Source: a bacterium (GTDB lineage: Bacteria; UBA8248). From it: a stretch of DNA of 64,000 nucleotides. The translations under genes and the position numbers were made by a program. Location of the stretch: positions 256,001 to 320,000 of the forward strand of contig CBDBEV010000001.1 of the NCBI GenBank assembly GCA_965204535.1, written 5' to 3'. The notes beneath the pieces were generated by a model that was given only the letters and a program-made list of their open reading frames with translations, had not been told where the DNA came from and did not search any database. Shown piece after piece: positions 19,434 through 30,029 of the stretch (its first letter is position 1; the number at the start of each line of letters is the position of its first letter).

Positions 19434-21014
19434 ATGTCTCCCGCCCGCCGGTATGCTCAGGTGAGAAACAAATCGCTTGCTCTCGTGACCCTCATGCTAG
19501 CGTGCGCCGCTTTATCCGCCTGCGGGGAGAAGGGTGCAACCAAAGGCGACACCATCGTCGTCGGAATCGGAACCAACCCCACGCAACTCGACCCGAGGCT
19601 GTCGCAGGACGCCATCTCCTCCAAGGTGCAGCGCTTCATCTTCAGCCGACTGATATCGAAGGATCACGAGGGACGCGTCGTCCTGGAACTCGCCGAGAAA
19701 TGGGAGCGGCCCACGCCCCTCGTCCACCGCTTCGAGCTCAGGCGCGGGGTGCGGTTCCATAACGGCGAAGCCCTCACCGCATCGGACGTGAAATACACCT
19801 TCGACTCCATTCGAGACCCCTCTCTCGCCTCGCCCAAGGCGGCGGGACTCAAGGAACTCGCGCGCATCGAAACGCCCACGCCGCACAGTGTCGTCTTTCA
19901 TCTCACAGAACCCTCCGCCTCGTTCGCGGAATCGCTGATGGTCGGCATCCTCCCCAAAAGCGCGCGCGAAGCGGGGAGCCGTTTCGCCCAAAAACCCGTC
20001 GGCACCGGCCCGTTCGAGTTCGTGGAGTTCGCGCCGGACGTACGAATCGCACTCAAGGCGTTTCCCGGCCATTTCGCCGGCAAACCCGCTTATGAGACCC
20101 TTATCTTCCGGATTCTGCCGGAGGAGACCATCCGCGTCCTGGAACTCGAAAGCGGGGGAGTCGACTTCCTCCAGAACGCTTTTTCCCCCGACATTTTGCC
20201 GCGCTTCATCCAGAACAAGCGGCTCAAGATTCGAAAGCGTCTGGGCACGAACTTCACCTACATCGGCTTCAACCTGGAAGACCCGATTCTCTCCAAGCTC
20301 GAGGTGCGGCGCGCGATCGCCCACGCCATCGACAGACGGCCCATCGTGCGCTTCATCCAAAAGGGCCTGGTACAGGAGGCGGACAGCCTGCTGCCGCCGG
20401 ATCACTGGGCGCACCAAAAAGGTCTACCAAGCTATGCACACCGCCCCGCGTTGGCGATGAGACTTCTCGACGAGGCGGGTTTCCCCGACCCCGACGGGCC
20501 GGGGCCCGAGTCGCGCTTCACACTCGTCTACAAAACCTCGCAGAACGAGCTGGGCCGCCGCATCGCCACCGTGTTCGGCCACCAACTCGCCCGCGTGGGA
20601 ATCAAGATGAAAATACGCTCCTATGAATGGGGCACGTTTTTCGGCGACATCAGAAACGGGAACTTCCAGCTCTACAGCCTGACGTGGGTCGGCATATCGG
20701 ACCCCGACATCTACCGCTACATCTTTCACAGCCGCTTCACCCCGCCGGCCGGCTTGAACCGCGGCCGCTATAAAAACGCGCGCGTGGACGCGCTCCTGGA
20801 AGAGGCCCACCAGTCCGCCGAGCCCGAGATTCGCGCCCGCGCCTACGGCGAGATGCAGCGCATCCTGGGCCGCGAGCTTCCCTACATCAATCTTTGGCAC
20901 AGTGTGAACGTGGCCGTCTTCGACAAGCGCATATCGGGGTACCGGGTATATCCGGATGCGGATTTCATCTCGCTCGCGAAGGCCACGCTCTACCCAGCGG
21001 CGGGCGATAAGTGA
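19434..21014 (+). CDS. Peptide/nickel ABC transporter substrate-binding lipoprotein (family 5)
   Basis: LSAC lipobox, LRRGVRFHNGE, PVGTGPF, VRRAIAHAIDR. Confidence 0.92.
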   Translation: MSPARRYAQVRNKSLALVTLMLACAALSACGEKGATKGDTIVVGIGTNPTQLDPRLSQDAISSKVQRFIFSRLISKDHEGRVVLELAEKWERPTPLVHRFELRRGVRFHNGEALTASDVKYTFDSIRDPSLASPKAAGLKELARIETPTPHSVVFHLTEPSASFAESLMVGILPKSAREAGSRFAQKPVGTGPFEFVEFAPDVRIALKAFPGHFAGKPAYETLIFRILPEETIRVLELESGGVDFLQNAFSPDILPRFIQNKRLKIRKRLGTNFTYIGFNLEDPILSKLEVRRAIAHAIDRRPIVRFIQKGLVQEADSLLPPDHWAHQKGLPSYAHRPALAMRLLDEAGFPDPDGPGPESRFTLVYKTSQNELGRRIATVFGHQLARVGIKMKIRSYEWGTFFGDIRNGNFQLYSLTWVGISDPDIYRYIFHSRFTPPAGLNRGRYKNARVDALLEEAHQSAEPEIRARAYGEMQRILGRELPYINLWHSVNVAVFDKRISGYRVYPDADFISLAKATLYPAAGDK

Positions 21015-21931
21015 GAAAATTCCTCTTAAGACGCGTTCTGCTCCTCATCCCCGTTCTGTGGGGGGTGACGACGCTCGTCTTCATCGTCACCCAGGTGCTG
21101 CCGGGCGACCCGGTGGACCTGATGCTGGGCGAAACCGCCCGCCCCGCCCAGCGCGAACAACTGCGAAAGACGTTGGGGCTGGACAGGCCGCTGGGCGTTC
21201 AATACGCCGATTACATGGGCGGGCTGCTGCGGGGAGACTTGGGGAATTCGCTCCACCAGAAAAGAGCGGTATCGGCCATCATCTTCGAGCGCACCTATGC
21301 CTCGGCGGAACTCACGCTCGCTTCGATGGCCGTCGCGCTGCTCATCTCGCTCCCGCTGGGAATCGCGGCGGCGCGAAGACAGGGCACGGTGCTCGACCTG
21401 GGCGCAGGCTTTCTCGCCGTCGCGGGCGCGAGCATGCCCGTCTTCTGGCTCGGGCCGCTGCTCATCATCGTTTTCTCGATCGGGCTGGGCTGGTTCCCCG
21501 TCTCGGGCCGGGAGGGAGTTTTGAGCCTCATCCTCCCCGCCGTGACGCTCGGCGCGGCGCTCTCCCCCATATTGATGCGCATGGCGCGCTCGAGCCTGCT
21601 GGACGTGCTGCCGCAAGACTACATCAGCACGGCGCGCGCGAAGGGTATTTCGGAAAAAAGGGTGCTCTGGCTCCATGCGCTCAAGAACGCGTGCCTGCCG
21701 CTCATCACGATCCTGAGCCTCCAGCTCGGCGCCCTGCTCTCGGGCGCTATCATCACCGAGACCGTCTTCGCCTGGCCCGGCGTGGGCCGCCTGGTGATTC
21801 AGGCCATCGCGTCTCGCGACTACCCCCTCGTGCAGGGCTGTGTGCTGTTCATCGCCGCCGTCTACGTGAGCGCGAACTTTCTGGCTGACATCGCCTACGC
21901 CTGGCTCGACCCGCGCGTGAGGCTCACATGA
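21011..21931 (+). CDS. Peptide/nickel ABC permease (DppB/NikB-like)
   Basis: PGDPV, GLDRPL, GDLGNS, DYISTARAKG, ETVFAWPGVG, RDYP. Confidence 0.92.
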   Translation: MRKFLLRRVLLLIPVLWGVTTLVFIVTQVLPGDPVDLMLGETARPAQREQLRKTLGLDRPLGVQYADYMGGLLRGDLGNSLHQKRAVSAIIFERTYASAELTLASMAVALLISLPLGIAAARRQGTVLDLGAGFLAVAGASMPVFWLGPLLIIVFSIGLGWFPVSGREGVLSLILPAVTLGAALSPILMRMARSSLLDVLPQDYISTARAKGISEKRVLWLHALKNACLPLITILSLQLGALLSGAIITETVFAWPGVGRLVIQAIASRDYPLVQGCVLFIAAVYVSANFLADIAYAWLDPRVRLT

Positions 21932-22737
21932 GGCGCGGCCTGTCCTTCTATCTGGGCGGGGGCATCATCGCCCTCTTGCTGGCCGCCACCCTGGCCGCTC
22001 CCCTTCTCTCGCCCCAAAACCCCTACGAGATGGAGCTGGCGCAAGGCCTTTCGGCTCCCGAGGCGGCGCACCCCTTCGGGCGCGACAAGCTCGGCCGAGA
22101 CATCCTGAGCCGCGTCTTACACGGCGGGAGAACCTCGCTCACCGTGGGTTTCGCCGCCGTGTCGGTATCCGTTTTCCTGGGCGTCATCATCGGAGGAATC
22201 GCGGGTTATCTCGGCGGGGTGTGGGATGAGGCGATCATGCGCGTCACCGACGTGTTCCTGGCCTTTCCGGGCATTCTGCTCGCCATCGCGCTCATGTCCG
22301 TGCTCGCGCCGAGTCTGTGGAACATCGTCATATCGCTCTCGGTGTTCGGATGGGTGGGCTACGCGCGCCTCGTCCGCGCGCAGGTGCTGGCGTTGCGTGA
22401 GCGTGAATTCGTGACCGCCGCCCTGGCCGCGGGCGCCACGCCCGGGCGAATCCTCACCCGCCACCTGCTCGCGAACATCATCTCGCCGGTCATCGTGGAG
22501 GCGAGCATCGGCATGGCGGGGGCGATTCTCGCCGAATCGGGGCTATCGTTCCTGGGACTGGGCATACAGCCGCCCGAGCCGAGTTGGGGGGCGATGCTGG
22601 CCGAGGGACGAGATTTTCTGCTCGTCGCCCCGCACCTGACGATTTATCCGGGAATCGCCATCGCCCTCACCGTCATGGGCCTGAACGTCCTGGGCGACGG
22701 GCTGAGAGACCTACTCGACCCGACTCAGAAGAGATAG
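21928..22737 (+). CDS. Peptide/nickel ABC permease (DppC/NikC-like)
   Basis: HPFGRDKLGRD, EFVTAA, LSFLGLG, PSWG, GDGLRDLLDP. Confidence 0.92.
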   Translation: MRRGLSFYLGGGIIALLLAATLAAPLLSPQNPYEMELAQGLSAPEAAHPFGRDKLGRDILSRVLHGGRTSLTVGFAAVSVSVFLGVIIGGIAGYLGGVWDEAIMRVTDVFLAFPGILLAIALMSVLAPSLWNIVISLSVFGWVGYARLVRAQVLALREREFVTAALAAGATPGRILTRHLLANIISPVIVEASIGMAGAILAESGLSFLGLGIQPPEPSWGAMLAEGRDFLLVAPHLTIYPGIAIALTVMGLNVLGDGLRDLLDPTQKR

Positions 22738-23195
22738 AGGAAATACCAGCGCTTTTTCTTCTTCGCGGGTTCTTTCTTCTTGACTTCGGGGGGAGCTTCC
22801 TGCTTCGGCGCAGGCGCCTCGCCTTTCTCTCTTTTCAGGCGGGGCGCAGCCTTCGGCTTGGGGATCTTGGCGATGTCGACCAACGCGCCGTGCGGAAATT
22901 TGGTGCTGCGTAGTTCTTCTTTGAAAAACGTCTCGGGACGAACGAGGTGGCAAGCGAGGCACCGGGTGGCGGCGCGCAGCGGGCTCTTTTCGTCATAGCG
23001 AAGCTGTTGCTTCTCGACGTGGGGGTCTGCCTGGAAACTCGCGTGCAGATGACAGCTCTGGCAGTAGGACGTGACGACCACGTTCTCCTCTGCCTTGGGA
23101 AGAGAGCCGCGCACGGCCCTTTCGATGGGCTTGCGCTGACAGGCGGAAACAAGCAACAGACAGACCGCCAGCGACATCAGGCATACGTTCTTCAT
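22725..23195 (-). CDS. Putative diheme c-type cytochrome lipoprotein
   Basis: VSAC lipobox; two CxxCH motifs (CQSCH, CLACH); Lys/Pro-rich tail ending RWYFLYLF. Confidence 0.7.
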   Translation of the reverse strand: MKNVCLMSLAVCLLLVSACQRKPIERAVRGSLPKAEENVVVTSYCQSCHLHASFQADPHVEKQQLRYDEKSPLRAATRCLACHLVRPETFFKEELRSTKFPHGALVDIAKIPKPKAAPRLKREKGEAPAPKQEAPPEVKKKEPAKKKKRWYFLYLF

Positions 23196-23296
23196 CCAGC
23201 CGCTCCGATAATTTTCATCCCGAATCTTGCGCCTCGTCCTGCTCATGAGCGCGCAGTATACGAACTGCGCCTTCGCGCCGCAACGAAGCAGCGACT

Positions 23297-23710
23297 TCAG
23301 GCGCTCTGCCTGCGCCGGGCCACCGTTTCACGCACGTAGGCGACGATATCCTCCATCGTCGCGCCGGGGGTGAAAATCTCGTCCACCCCCTTCTCCTTGA
23401 GAAAGGGAATGTCATCATCCGGCACGATGCCGCCGCCAAAGAGCAGGACGTCGTCCATGCCGTGCCCGTCGAGCAATTCACGAATTTTGGGGAAAAGATG
23501 GTTGTGCGCGCCCGAAAGTATCGAGAGACCCACGCAGTCAACGTCTTCTTGCATGGCGGTCGAGGCGATCTGTTCGGGCGTCTGGCGGATGCCGGTGTAA
23601 ATCACCTCCATGCCGGCGTCCCTGAGCGCGCGCGCGACCACCTTCGCTCCCCTGTCGTGACCGTCGAGACCCGGCTTGCCCACCAGCACCCGTATTTTTC
23701 TCTCGTTCAT
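23297..23710 (-). CDS. Cobalamin-binding subunit of an acyl-CoA mutase (methylmalonyl-CoA mutase C-terminal domain)
   Basis: [28 protein letters not shown]. Confidence 0.93.
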   Translation of the reverse strand: MNERKIRVLVGKPGLDGHDRGAKVVARALRDAGMEVIYTGIRQTPEQIASTAMQEDVDCVGLSILSGAHNHLFPKIRELLDGHGMDDVLLFGGGIVPDDDIPFLKEKGVDEIFTPGATMEDIVAYVRETVARRRQSA

Positions 23711-23881
23711 CCGCCGCCTCCTTCTCGATGCACTTCTGAAGGTTCTAGGAATGATTATCAAGTAAAGAAGACCACGATTCAAATGAACTCAGGCGTGTGT
23801 CGACTTTTCGGCCGAGTTTGCGTAACCTCAAAAAATCAGTAATGAACGAAAACGCAACGAATCGCCCCACAGGATTCTTAC

Positions 23882-25918
23882 ATGACGCCCACTCGGGAAA
23901 TCTACTGGAACATCGTCTTCGGCCCCCTGGTATATCTTTTCGCCGCGGCGGCGATCGGCGTGATGTCCTACGGCATCTACCAGCGCGTGCGCCTGTGGCG
24001 TCTGGGCGGCGGGGAACTCAGAACCGATAATCCGGCAAAGCGTCTCTGGGGCGTGGTGGATGAGCTGGTGCTCCACCGGCGGATGCTGCGGGACACCTAC
24101 CCCGGCCTCATGCACCTGTTCATATTCTACGGCTTTTTCGCCGAACTCATCGCCACCTCCATGATAGCCGTTCAGGAATGGACGGGAATCCACTATCTCA
24201 AGGGAAACCTCTACCTGGGCTACTCGCTTTTGAGCGACGGGTTCGGGCTGCTTGGGATCGTCGGCATCGTGATGGCCCTGTGGCGGCGCCTGGTGGTGAA
24301 GCCAGAGCGCATGAACTCCGTGCTCGATGACTACCTTGCGCTCTGGCTGCTGCTGCTCGTCTTCGTGCAGGGTTTCGTCGTGGAAGGGCTGCGCATCGCG
24401 GCGACCGAGCTCAGGGACAACCCGTCCCTGGCCCCCTGGTCGCCGGGCGGCTACGCGGTCGCCCTGACCCTCCAGGGGCTGAGCGTGGAGACGCTCCGGT
24501 TTCTCCACCGCATCAACTGGTGGTTCCACGCCATTTCCGCATTCGTGTTGCTCGGCTACATGGGTTTCGGCAAATTCAACCACATCTGGTACGGCCTGTT
24601 GAACATGTTCTGCAGAAATCTGGCCCCCAGCGGCAAGCTGAGCTTCATCGACATCGAGGCGACGATGGAAGCCGACCCCGAGGCCATCGAAACCCTGGGC
24701 GTGGAGAAGATCGAGGGATACACCTGGAAGAACCTGCTCGATCTGGACGCGTGCACGAACTGCGGCCGCTGCCAGGACGTCTGCCCTGCCTACATGAGCG
24801 GCGTGCCGCTCAACCCCAAGAAGCTGATTCAGGACATGAAGGCGCACCTGAGCGAAGCGGGCCCGGCGGCGCTTGCGGAAAACGGTGAGGCGGGCGAGAG
24901 GCCGCCCCTGTTCGGCGAGCCTGCGGACGAACCCGCCGTTCTCGAGGAAGAACTCTGGGGCTGCCGCACCTGCGGTGCCTGCCAACAGGAGTGCCCCGTC
25001 TTCATCGAGCACATCCCCAAGATGGTGGACATGCGCCGCTATCTGGTGATGATGGAATCGAAGACGAGCGAGGACGCGCGCCAGTTCTTAAAATCCATGG
25101 ACGAGCGCCTCCACCCCTGGGTGGGCGCGCAGCACAACCGCGAGGAATGGTACGAGGGCCTCGACGTAAAGGTCCTCGCAAGCGGCGAGAAGGCGGAATA
25201 CCTCTACTGGGTGGGCTGCACGGGTTCGATGATCGACCGCAACATCGAGGTATCAAGGGCGATGGTGAAGATTCTGGGTGCAGCGGGCGTGGACTTCGCC
25301 ATCCTGGGCGCGGAGGAAGTCTGCACGGGCGACCCGGCCCGGCGCGTAGGGGGCGAGTTCACCTTCCAGATCTGCGCGAAGCAGAACATCGAGACGCTGA
25401 ACGGCTACGAGGTCAAGAAAATCATCACCACCTGCCCGCATTGTTTCAACACGTACAAGAACGAATACCCCGATTTCGGGGGAAACTACGAGGTGGTGCA
25501 CCACACGCAACTCATCGCGGAACTCATCAAATCAGGAAAGCTCAAGCTCAAGAAATCGCTCGGCTCCCTCACCTATCACGACCCCTGCTACCTGGGCCGC
25601 CACAACGGCGTATACGACGCCCCCCGCGAGGTTTTACACCAGATATCAGACGGCGGCTTCACCGAACTTAAGCGCAACCGCTCGCGCTCGCTGTGCTGCG
25701 GCGCGGGCGGCGGCTACGCATGGATGGACGATGAGCCGCAAAAGCGCATCAACCACGAGCGGCTGGACGACGTGAAGGCCTGCGGCGCCCAAACCGCCGC
25801 CGTATCGTGTCCCTTCTGCATGCAGATGTTCGACGACGCGCTCAAGGCGCTCGACCCGGAGAAGAACATCCGCGCCGCCGACATCGCCGAACTCGTTGCC
25901 GAGGCGATCGAGGAGTAG
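23882..25918 (+). CDS. Membrane-bound Fe-S oxidoreductase (HdrD/FadF-like, CCG domains)
   Basis: N-terminal TM helices, CTNCGRCQDVCP, CRTCGACQQECP, CPHC, YHDPCYLGRHN, CCGAGGG, CPFC. Confidence 0.9.
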   Translation: MTPTREIYWNIVFGPLVYLFAAAAIGVMSYGIYQRVRLWRLGGGELRTDNPAKRLWGVVDELVLHRRMLRDTYPGLMHLFIFYGFFAELIATSMIAVQEWTGIHYLKGNLYLGYSLLSDGFGLLGIVGIVMALWRRLVVKPERMNSVLDDYLALWLLLLVFVQGFVVEGLRIAATELRDNPSLAPWSPGGYAVALTLQGLSVETLRFLHRINWWFHAISAFVLLGYMGFGKFNHIWYGLLNMFCRNLAPSGKLSFIDIEATMEADPEAIETLGVEKIEGYTWKNLLDLDACTNCGRCQDVCPAYMSGVPLNPKKLIQDMKAHLSEAGPAALAENGEAGERPPLFGEPADEPAVLEEELWGCRTCGACQQECPVFIEHIPKMVDMRRYLVMMESKTSEDARQFLKSMDERLHPWVGAQHNREEWYEGLDVKVLASGEKAEYLYWVGCTGSMIDRNIEVSRAMVKILGAAGVDFAILGAEEVCTGDPARRVGGEFTFQICAKQNIETLNGYEVKKIITTCPHCFNTYKNEYPDFGGNYEVVHHTQLIAELIKSGKLKLKKSLGSLTYHDPCYLGRHNGVYDAPREVLHQISDGGFTELKRNRSRSLCCGAGGGYAWMDDEPQKRINHERLDDVKACGAQTAAVSCPFCMQMFDDALKALDPEKNIRAADIAELVAEAIEE

Positions 25919-26176
25919 AAACCGCGCCAGTTCCTTGCCCTGCGCCGGATACGGCGTCGGCCGTCGGTTTTCGTTTTTTTCCGTTCTACTGCGTCATTCT
26001 CGTGGCGGTGTCCGAAACTTCAGGGCTGGAGTGCTTAATTTATTGCAATGCAAAGTAAATGCGAAGATAATGATCCGTACCAAGATGGTTTGAAGCGACG
26101 TTCATGATATCAATCCCGTGGAAAGACCACTCGGGCTTGAGAAGAACGCTCCCGTACCAGATAGGCGAGGAGCCGG

Positions 26177-26995
26177 ATGAGAAACATACTCCGGAGCTTG
26201 ATGCGATTTCTGGGGGGTTCGCGCGAAGCGGAGGAAAAGGCGCCAGCCTCTTTCTTGCCCGAAAGCGCGGAAATCCGGGAGGAGACGCCCGAGGCCGAAA
26301 ACGCCCGATTCCTCAGCGAGATCGTCAACCGCTCCATTCATCTGAGTCAACTCGCCGGATCACAGGCGAGGGCGGGGGATATCGACGCCGCCATTGAGAC
26401 CGCGCGAGGCATCGGCAACGCTCTTTTTTACGCCTCCGCCTTGCAGGAAATCGCCATCGCGCAGGCAAGGGCGGGACAAATCAGCGAGGCCATCGAAACG
26501 ATACGCCGCATCGACGACCCCGACGATCGAATGGAGGCGCTCAAGCACTTCTCCGCCATCAAGAGTGGCTTCGGCGCTACGATTTCCACCCATACGTTGA
26601 ACGCCGCTCTGGAGACGATCGAGGAGATCCGCGACGAAAAAAGCCTTTCCGAAAAAGCGTGGCTAAGCGTCATGGACATGGCCGAGGCGGGAGATTTCAC
26701 CGCCGCCGTTCAGAGCGCGCGTGAAATCGGCGACCCCGCCTGGCGCTCCTGGGCCTTGCAGGAAATCGCCACAGCCCAGGGACAGGAGAGAGATTTCCCC
26801 GCCGCCCTCAACTCCGCAAGCGGCATCAGCAAGGCGCTTTACCGTTCCTGGGCCTATCGGGACATCGCCGTGGCGCAGGCCGAAGCCGGGCAAATCGAGG
26901 CTGCTCTCGACACCGCGCGCCGCGTGGAAGACCCCGAAGACCGCGAGCAGGCGATGGCGGCCATCGAAAAGCACAAGGAACAACCCGGCGAGTAG
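26177..26995 (+). CDS. TPR-like helical repeat protein
   Basis: Repeated ALQEIAxAQAxAG...A..TAR.I.DP units. Confidence 0.7.
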   Translation: MRNILRSLMRFLGGSREAEEKAPASFLPESAEIREETPEAENARFLSEIVNRSIHLSQLAGSQARAGDIDAAIETARGIGNALFYASALQEIAIAQARAGQISEAIETIRRIDDPDDRMEALKHFSAIKSGFGATISTHTLNAALETIEEIRDEKSLSEKAWLSVMDMAEAGDFTAAVQSAREIGDPAWRSWALQEIATAQGQERDFPAALNSASGISKALYRSWAYRDIAVAQAEAGQIEAALDTARRVEDPEDREQAMAAIEKHKEQPGE

Positions 26996-27152
26996 CGCGC
27001 GTCTCCGCGCCGACCGAAAACACACTCCGACGCCAAACGTCAGACGGTACACACGGCTGAAAGATAATCCCGACAATTCAAGGCGCTCTGTGGGATTCAC
27101 CATGCAGACATTCCCCAACCTCGAACGCCGAGGTCAATCAGCGAGAAGCGCC

Positions 27153-27833
27153 TTACGGCTTTGCGGGGGCGACGCGGATATCGCCGTACCAGCCGCGGGC
27201 AGAGAGCTTGCTGTTGTCGGTGTCGGTCATGATGGCGATGTGGGTGATCCCGGTGATGTCGCGGCCGAAATACCGCTTGAAATCCTCACGCATGTTCCGG
27301 CGATGGGTGCGCCACTGCCCGGCGTGTTTCGCGCCCGAATCCACAGCGACCATGTGGGCCTTTTTAGTGTAGGGGTTCGGCCAGGCGGAGCCTTCCGGCT
27401 GATTGCTGGCCCAGACGTAGACCACCGAATCCGGGAAAGAGAGCCAGCCTGCGCCGGGCGCCAGGAAATAGACGCGAACGGCGAAGTCGTCTCCTTCTTT
27501 CGAGAGCTCATCCGGCGGGTTAACGGGGCGCTCGATCCGCCAGCGCCAGATGAGGATCGGCGTTTTCGTGACGTCTATCTTCCGCTCGTACACGAGGCCG
27601 GACGCAGCCGCGTTGCTCACCGCCTCGAGGACGGTTTCACCGCCGCCGTCTTTGGTCAGGCGGTAGCGGGTTTCGCCCTCGAAACTCTTGGGCTCCCAAC
27701 CCGTGAGATCGCCCGCCGAGAAACGGCCGAGCACTAGCTCCTGCGCGTGGAGAGCGCCGGGTGCGAGGGCGAAAAGCGCGATCAAAAAACCGAAGACAAT
27801 TATGGGAAAACTACGAAAACGGTAAGAAAACAT
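27153..27833 (-). CDS. Exported protein, DUF3047-like
   Basis: Signal peptide; WRWRI, GDDFAVRVY, YVWAS, IMTDTDN. Confidence 0.85.
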   Translation of the reverse strand: MFSYRFRSFPIIVFGFLIALFALAPGALHAQELVLGRFSAGDLTGWEPKSFEGETRYRLTKDGGGETVLEAVSNAAASGLVYERKIDVTKTPILIWRWRIERPVNPPDELSKEGDDFAVRVYFLAPGAGWLSFPDSVVYVWASNQPEGSAWPNPYTKKAHMVAVDSGAKHAGQWRTHRRNMREDFKRYFGRDITGITHIAIMTDTDNSKLSARGWYGDIRVAPAKP

Positions 27834-27843
27834 TCAGAACACC

Positions 27844-28521
27844 TCAGCGGCAAAAGGGCCAGATCTGATACCAGGAATCGCACCGAAACCTCGACTCGCA
27901 CCGCGCGAGCTGGGCCTTGTAGCGCCGGGCGGTCTGGGCCACGCGCTGCGCGGCGCGCCGCAGCTTCGGTTTTTTCTTCCAGGTGCCGCGGCGGTAACCG
28001 CCCCTTCCCTCGTGATAGGCGAGGTAGAGCCTGTGCGCGTCGTTCAGGGAGATGCCCAGTTCGCGCCGTGTCTTGGCGTTGTACCAGCCGATGAAATCGA
28101 GCGCGTCTTTCATACGCGTGCGGCTGCTCAACCAACTGCCGCGCTCCGCCTTGTAGTCCCCCCAGGTCGGGTTCAGGGGCTGCGCATAGCCAAGCGCCGT
28201 GGAGGGGCGGCCGAGCGGAATGAACAGGAACCACCGCATGGGCGGCCTCGCATGGCTCTGGAAGCTCGACTCCTTCCACACGAACGCCATCTGCACGTGC
28301 ACCGGCGTGCCCCAGCGCTTCTCGGAGGCGCGGGCGTAGTCGTACCAGTCGGGCTGCTGCTCGAACACCTCGCAGATGTTCCCCTGCCGCCTCGGTGTGG
28401 GGGTAACGCAGCCGCTCACGAGGAAAGCGAGAGCGAAAACAAGCAAAAAACGGCGGCGCCAATGCGCACGAGGCGCCCGCTTTTTCGAAGAATCATTCAA
28501 GTGAACGAGTGAATCCGACAT
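27844..28521 (-). CDS. Transglycosylase SLT-like lipoprotein; start uncertain
   Basis: VSGC lipobox, NICEVF, ESSF, ALGYAQ, DALDFIGWY, YLAYHEG. Confidence 0.8.
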   Translation of the reverse strand: MSDSLVHLNDSSKKRAPRAHWRRRFLLVFALAFLVSGCVTPTPRRQGNICEVFEQQPDWYDYARASEKRWGTPVHVQMAFVWKESSFQSHARPPMRWFLFIPLGRPSTALGYAQPLNPTWGDYKAERGSWLSSRTRMKDALDFIGWYNAKTRRELGISLNDAHRLYLAYHEGRGGYRRGTWKKKPKLRRAAQRVAQTARRYKAQLARCESRFRCDSWYQIWPFCR

Positions 28522-28705
28522 CGGCTCATCCATCTCCATTTGGGGCGGAGATGCGTTTGTCGTTAATAAATGCACGGCAAGAGGTTTTGTCAATCACTTT
28601 CGCCCAAAAGTGAGCGGCAAATGGCTTTGTTGTTAATCTGTGAACGATAAAACAGCTTTTCTCTTCCGTGATACTCCAAAATATGGGCGGTGGGCGGATT
28701 TCGTA

Positions 28706-29851
28706 TCAGTTGAGCAGGTGCTTGGCGATGACCTGGCGGAGGATCTCGTTCGTCCCCTCGTATATCTGCGTCACCTTCGAAGCCCGGTAGAAGCGTTCCA
28801 CGGGATACTCGCGCATGTAGCCGTTGCCCCCGTGGAGTTGCACGCCCTCTTCGGCGTTTCGCTGGGCGGCGTCGGTGGCGAAGACCTTGGCGATGGCGGA
28901 TTCGGCCGAATAGGGCGCGCCCGCCGCCTTGAGCCGCGCCGCCTTCAAGGTAAGCAGCCGCGCGCCGTGGACGCGCACGGCCATGTCGGCGAGTTTCCAC
29001 GCAACAGGCTGGTGATCCTTGATCGGGACGCCGAACGTCTCGCGCTCGCGCGCATAGGCCACTGAGGCGTCGAGGCATGCGCGCGCGAAGCCGAGCCCCT
29101 GGGCCGCGACGATGATGCGCCCCGAATCGAGGATGCGCATCGCAAGCTCGAACCCCTGCCCCTCCTCCCCCATGCGGTTCGCCTCGGGCAATTCCACGGC
29201 GTCGAAGCGAAGCTCCGATATCGAACACCCGTGCATCCCCATCTTGTCCTCGCTGCGCACGACCTCGAAACCCTGGGCGTCGCGCGGCACCAGGAAAGCG
29301 CTCAGCCCCTTGTGGCGCATGGCGCGATCCGTCACCGCGAAGAGAAGGCACAGGCCCGACTGCTTGCCGCTGGTGATGAAGCGCTTGACGCCGTTGATGC
29401 GGTAAACGTCTCCCTCGCGCACGGCGGTGGTGGTGAGCGAGGCGGCGTCCGAACCCGCTCCGGGCTCCGTCAGGGCGAAGGCGCCGATGCACTCCCCGCT
29501 CGCCAGACCGCGCAGGAACTTTTTCTTTTGCCCCTCGCTCCCGAAGCGATGGACCGGCTCGCAGACCAGGGAATTGTGCGCGGCGAAAATCGCGCTCGTC
29601 GAAGGACACGCGGCGGCGACTTCTTCTGTCGCCAGCGCCATCGAGACCGGGTCCGCACCCCCTCCGCCGTAGGAATCCGGCACGGTGAGGCCCATCAGCC
29701 CAAGCTCGCCCATGCTCTTCACGACCTCCGCCGGGAAGCGGCCCTCGTCTATATCCGCCGCCTGTGGAGCGATTTCGCGCTCGCAGAAATCGCGCACCAT
29801 ATCGCGCACCATCTTCTGCTCTTCGTTCAAAAAACCATTTTCCTGCATCAC
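28706..29851 (-). CDS. Acyl-CoA dehydrogenase
   Basis: FALTEPGAGSD, NGVKRFIT, KMGMHG, QLHGGNGY, IYEGTNEI. Confidence 0.95.
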   Translation of the reverse strand: MMQENGFLNEEQKMVRDMVRDFCEREIAPQAADIDEGRFPAEVVKSMGELGLMGLTVPDSYGGGGADPVSMALATEEVAAACPSTSAIFAAHNSLVCEPVHRFGSEGQKKKFLRGLASGECIGAFALTEPGAGSDAASLTTTAVREGDVYRINGVKRFITSGKQSGLCLLFAVTDRAMRHKGLSAFLVPRDAQGFEVVRSEDKMGMHGCSISELRFDAVELPEANRMGEEGQGFELAMRILDSGRIIVAAQGLGFARACLDASVAYARERETFGVPIKDHQPVAWKLADMAVRVHGARLLTLKAARLKAAGAPYSAESAIAKVFATDAAQRNAEEGVQLHGGNGYMREYPVERFYRASKVTQIYEGTNEILRQVIAKHLLN

Positions 29852-30029
29852 CCGTCTCTCCTGCAGCGCACGCGCCCGTCAGCACTTTCTCAGGACGACA
29901 ATGTAGCAGGCCCTTGCCGGAAAATCACCCAAGCGGCATCATGCGGATGAAATCGAACGAAATACGGATTCACCACCTGGATGACTCCCTGAAGTTCCAG
30001 GGAATAGATGCGACAAATAGGAGAAGAAC

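Noticed and set aside
19434-22737. Missing ATPases of the peptide ABC system as a novelty
   Set aside because: ATPase genes are often encoded elsewhere; not unusual
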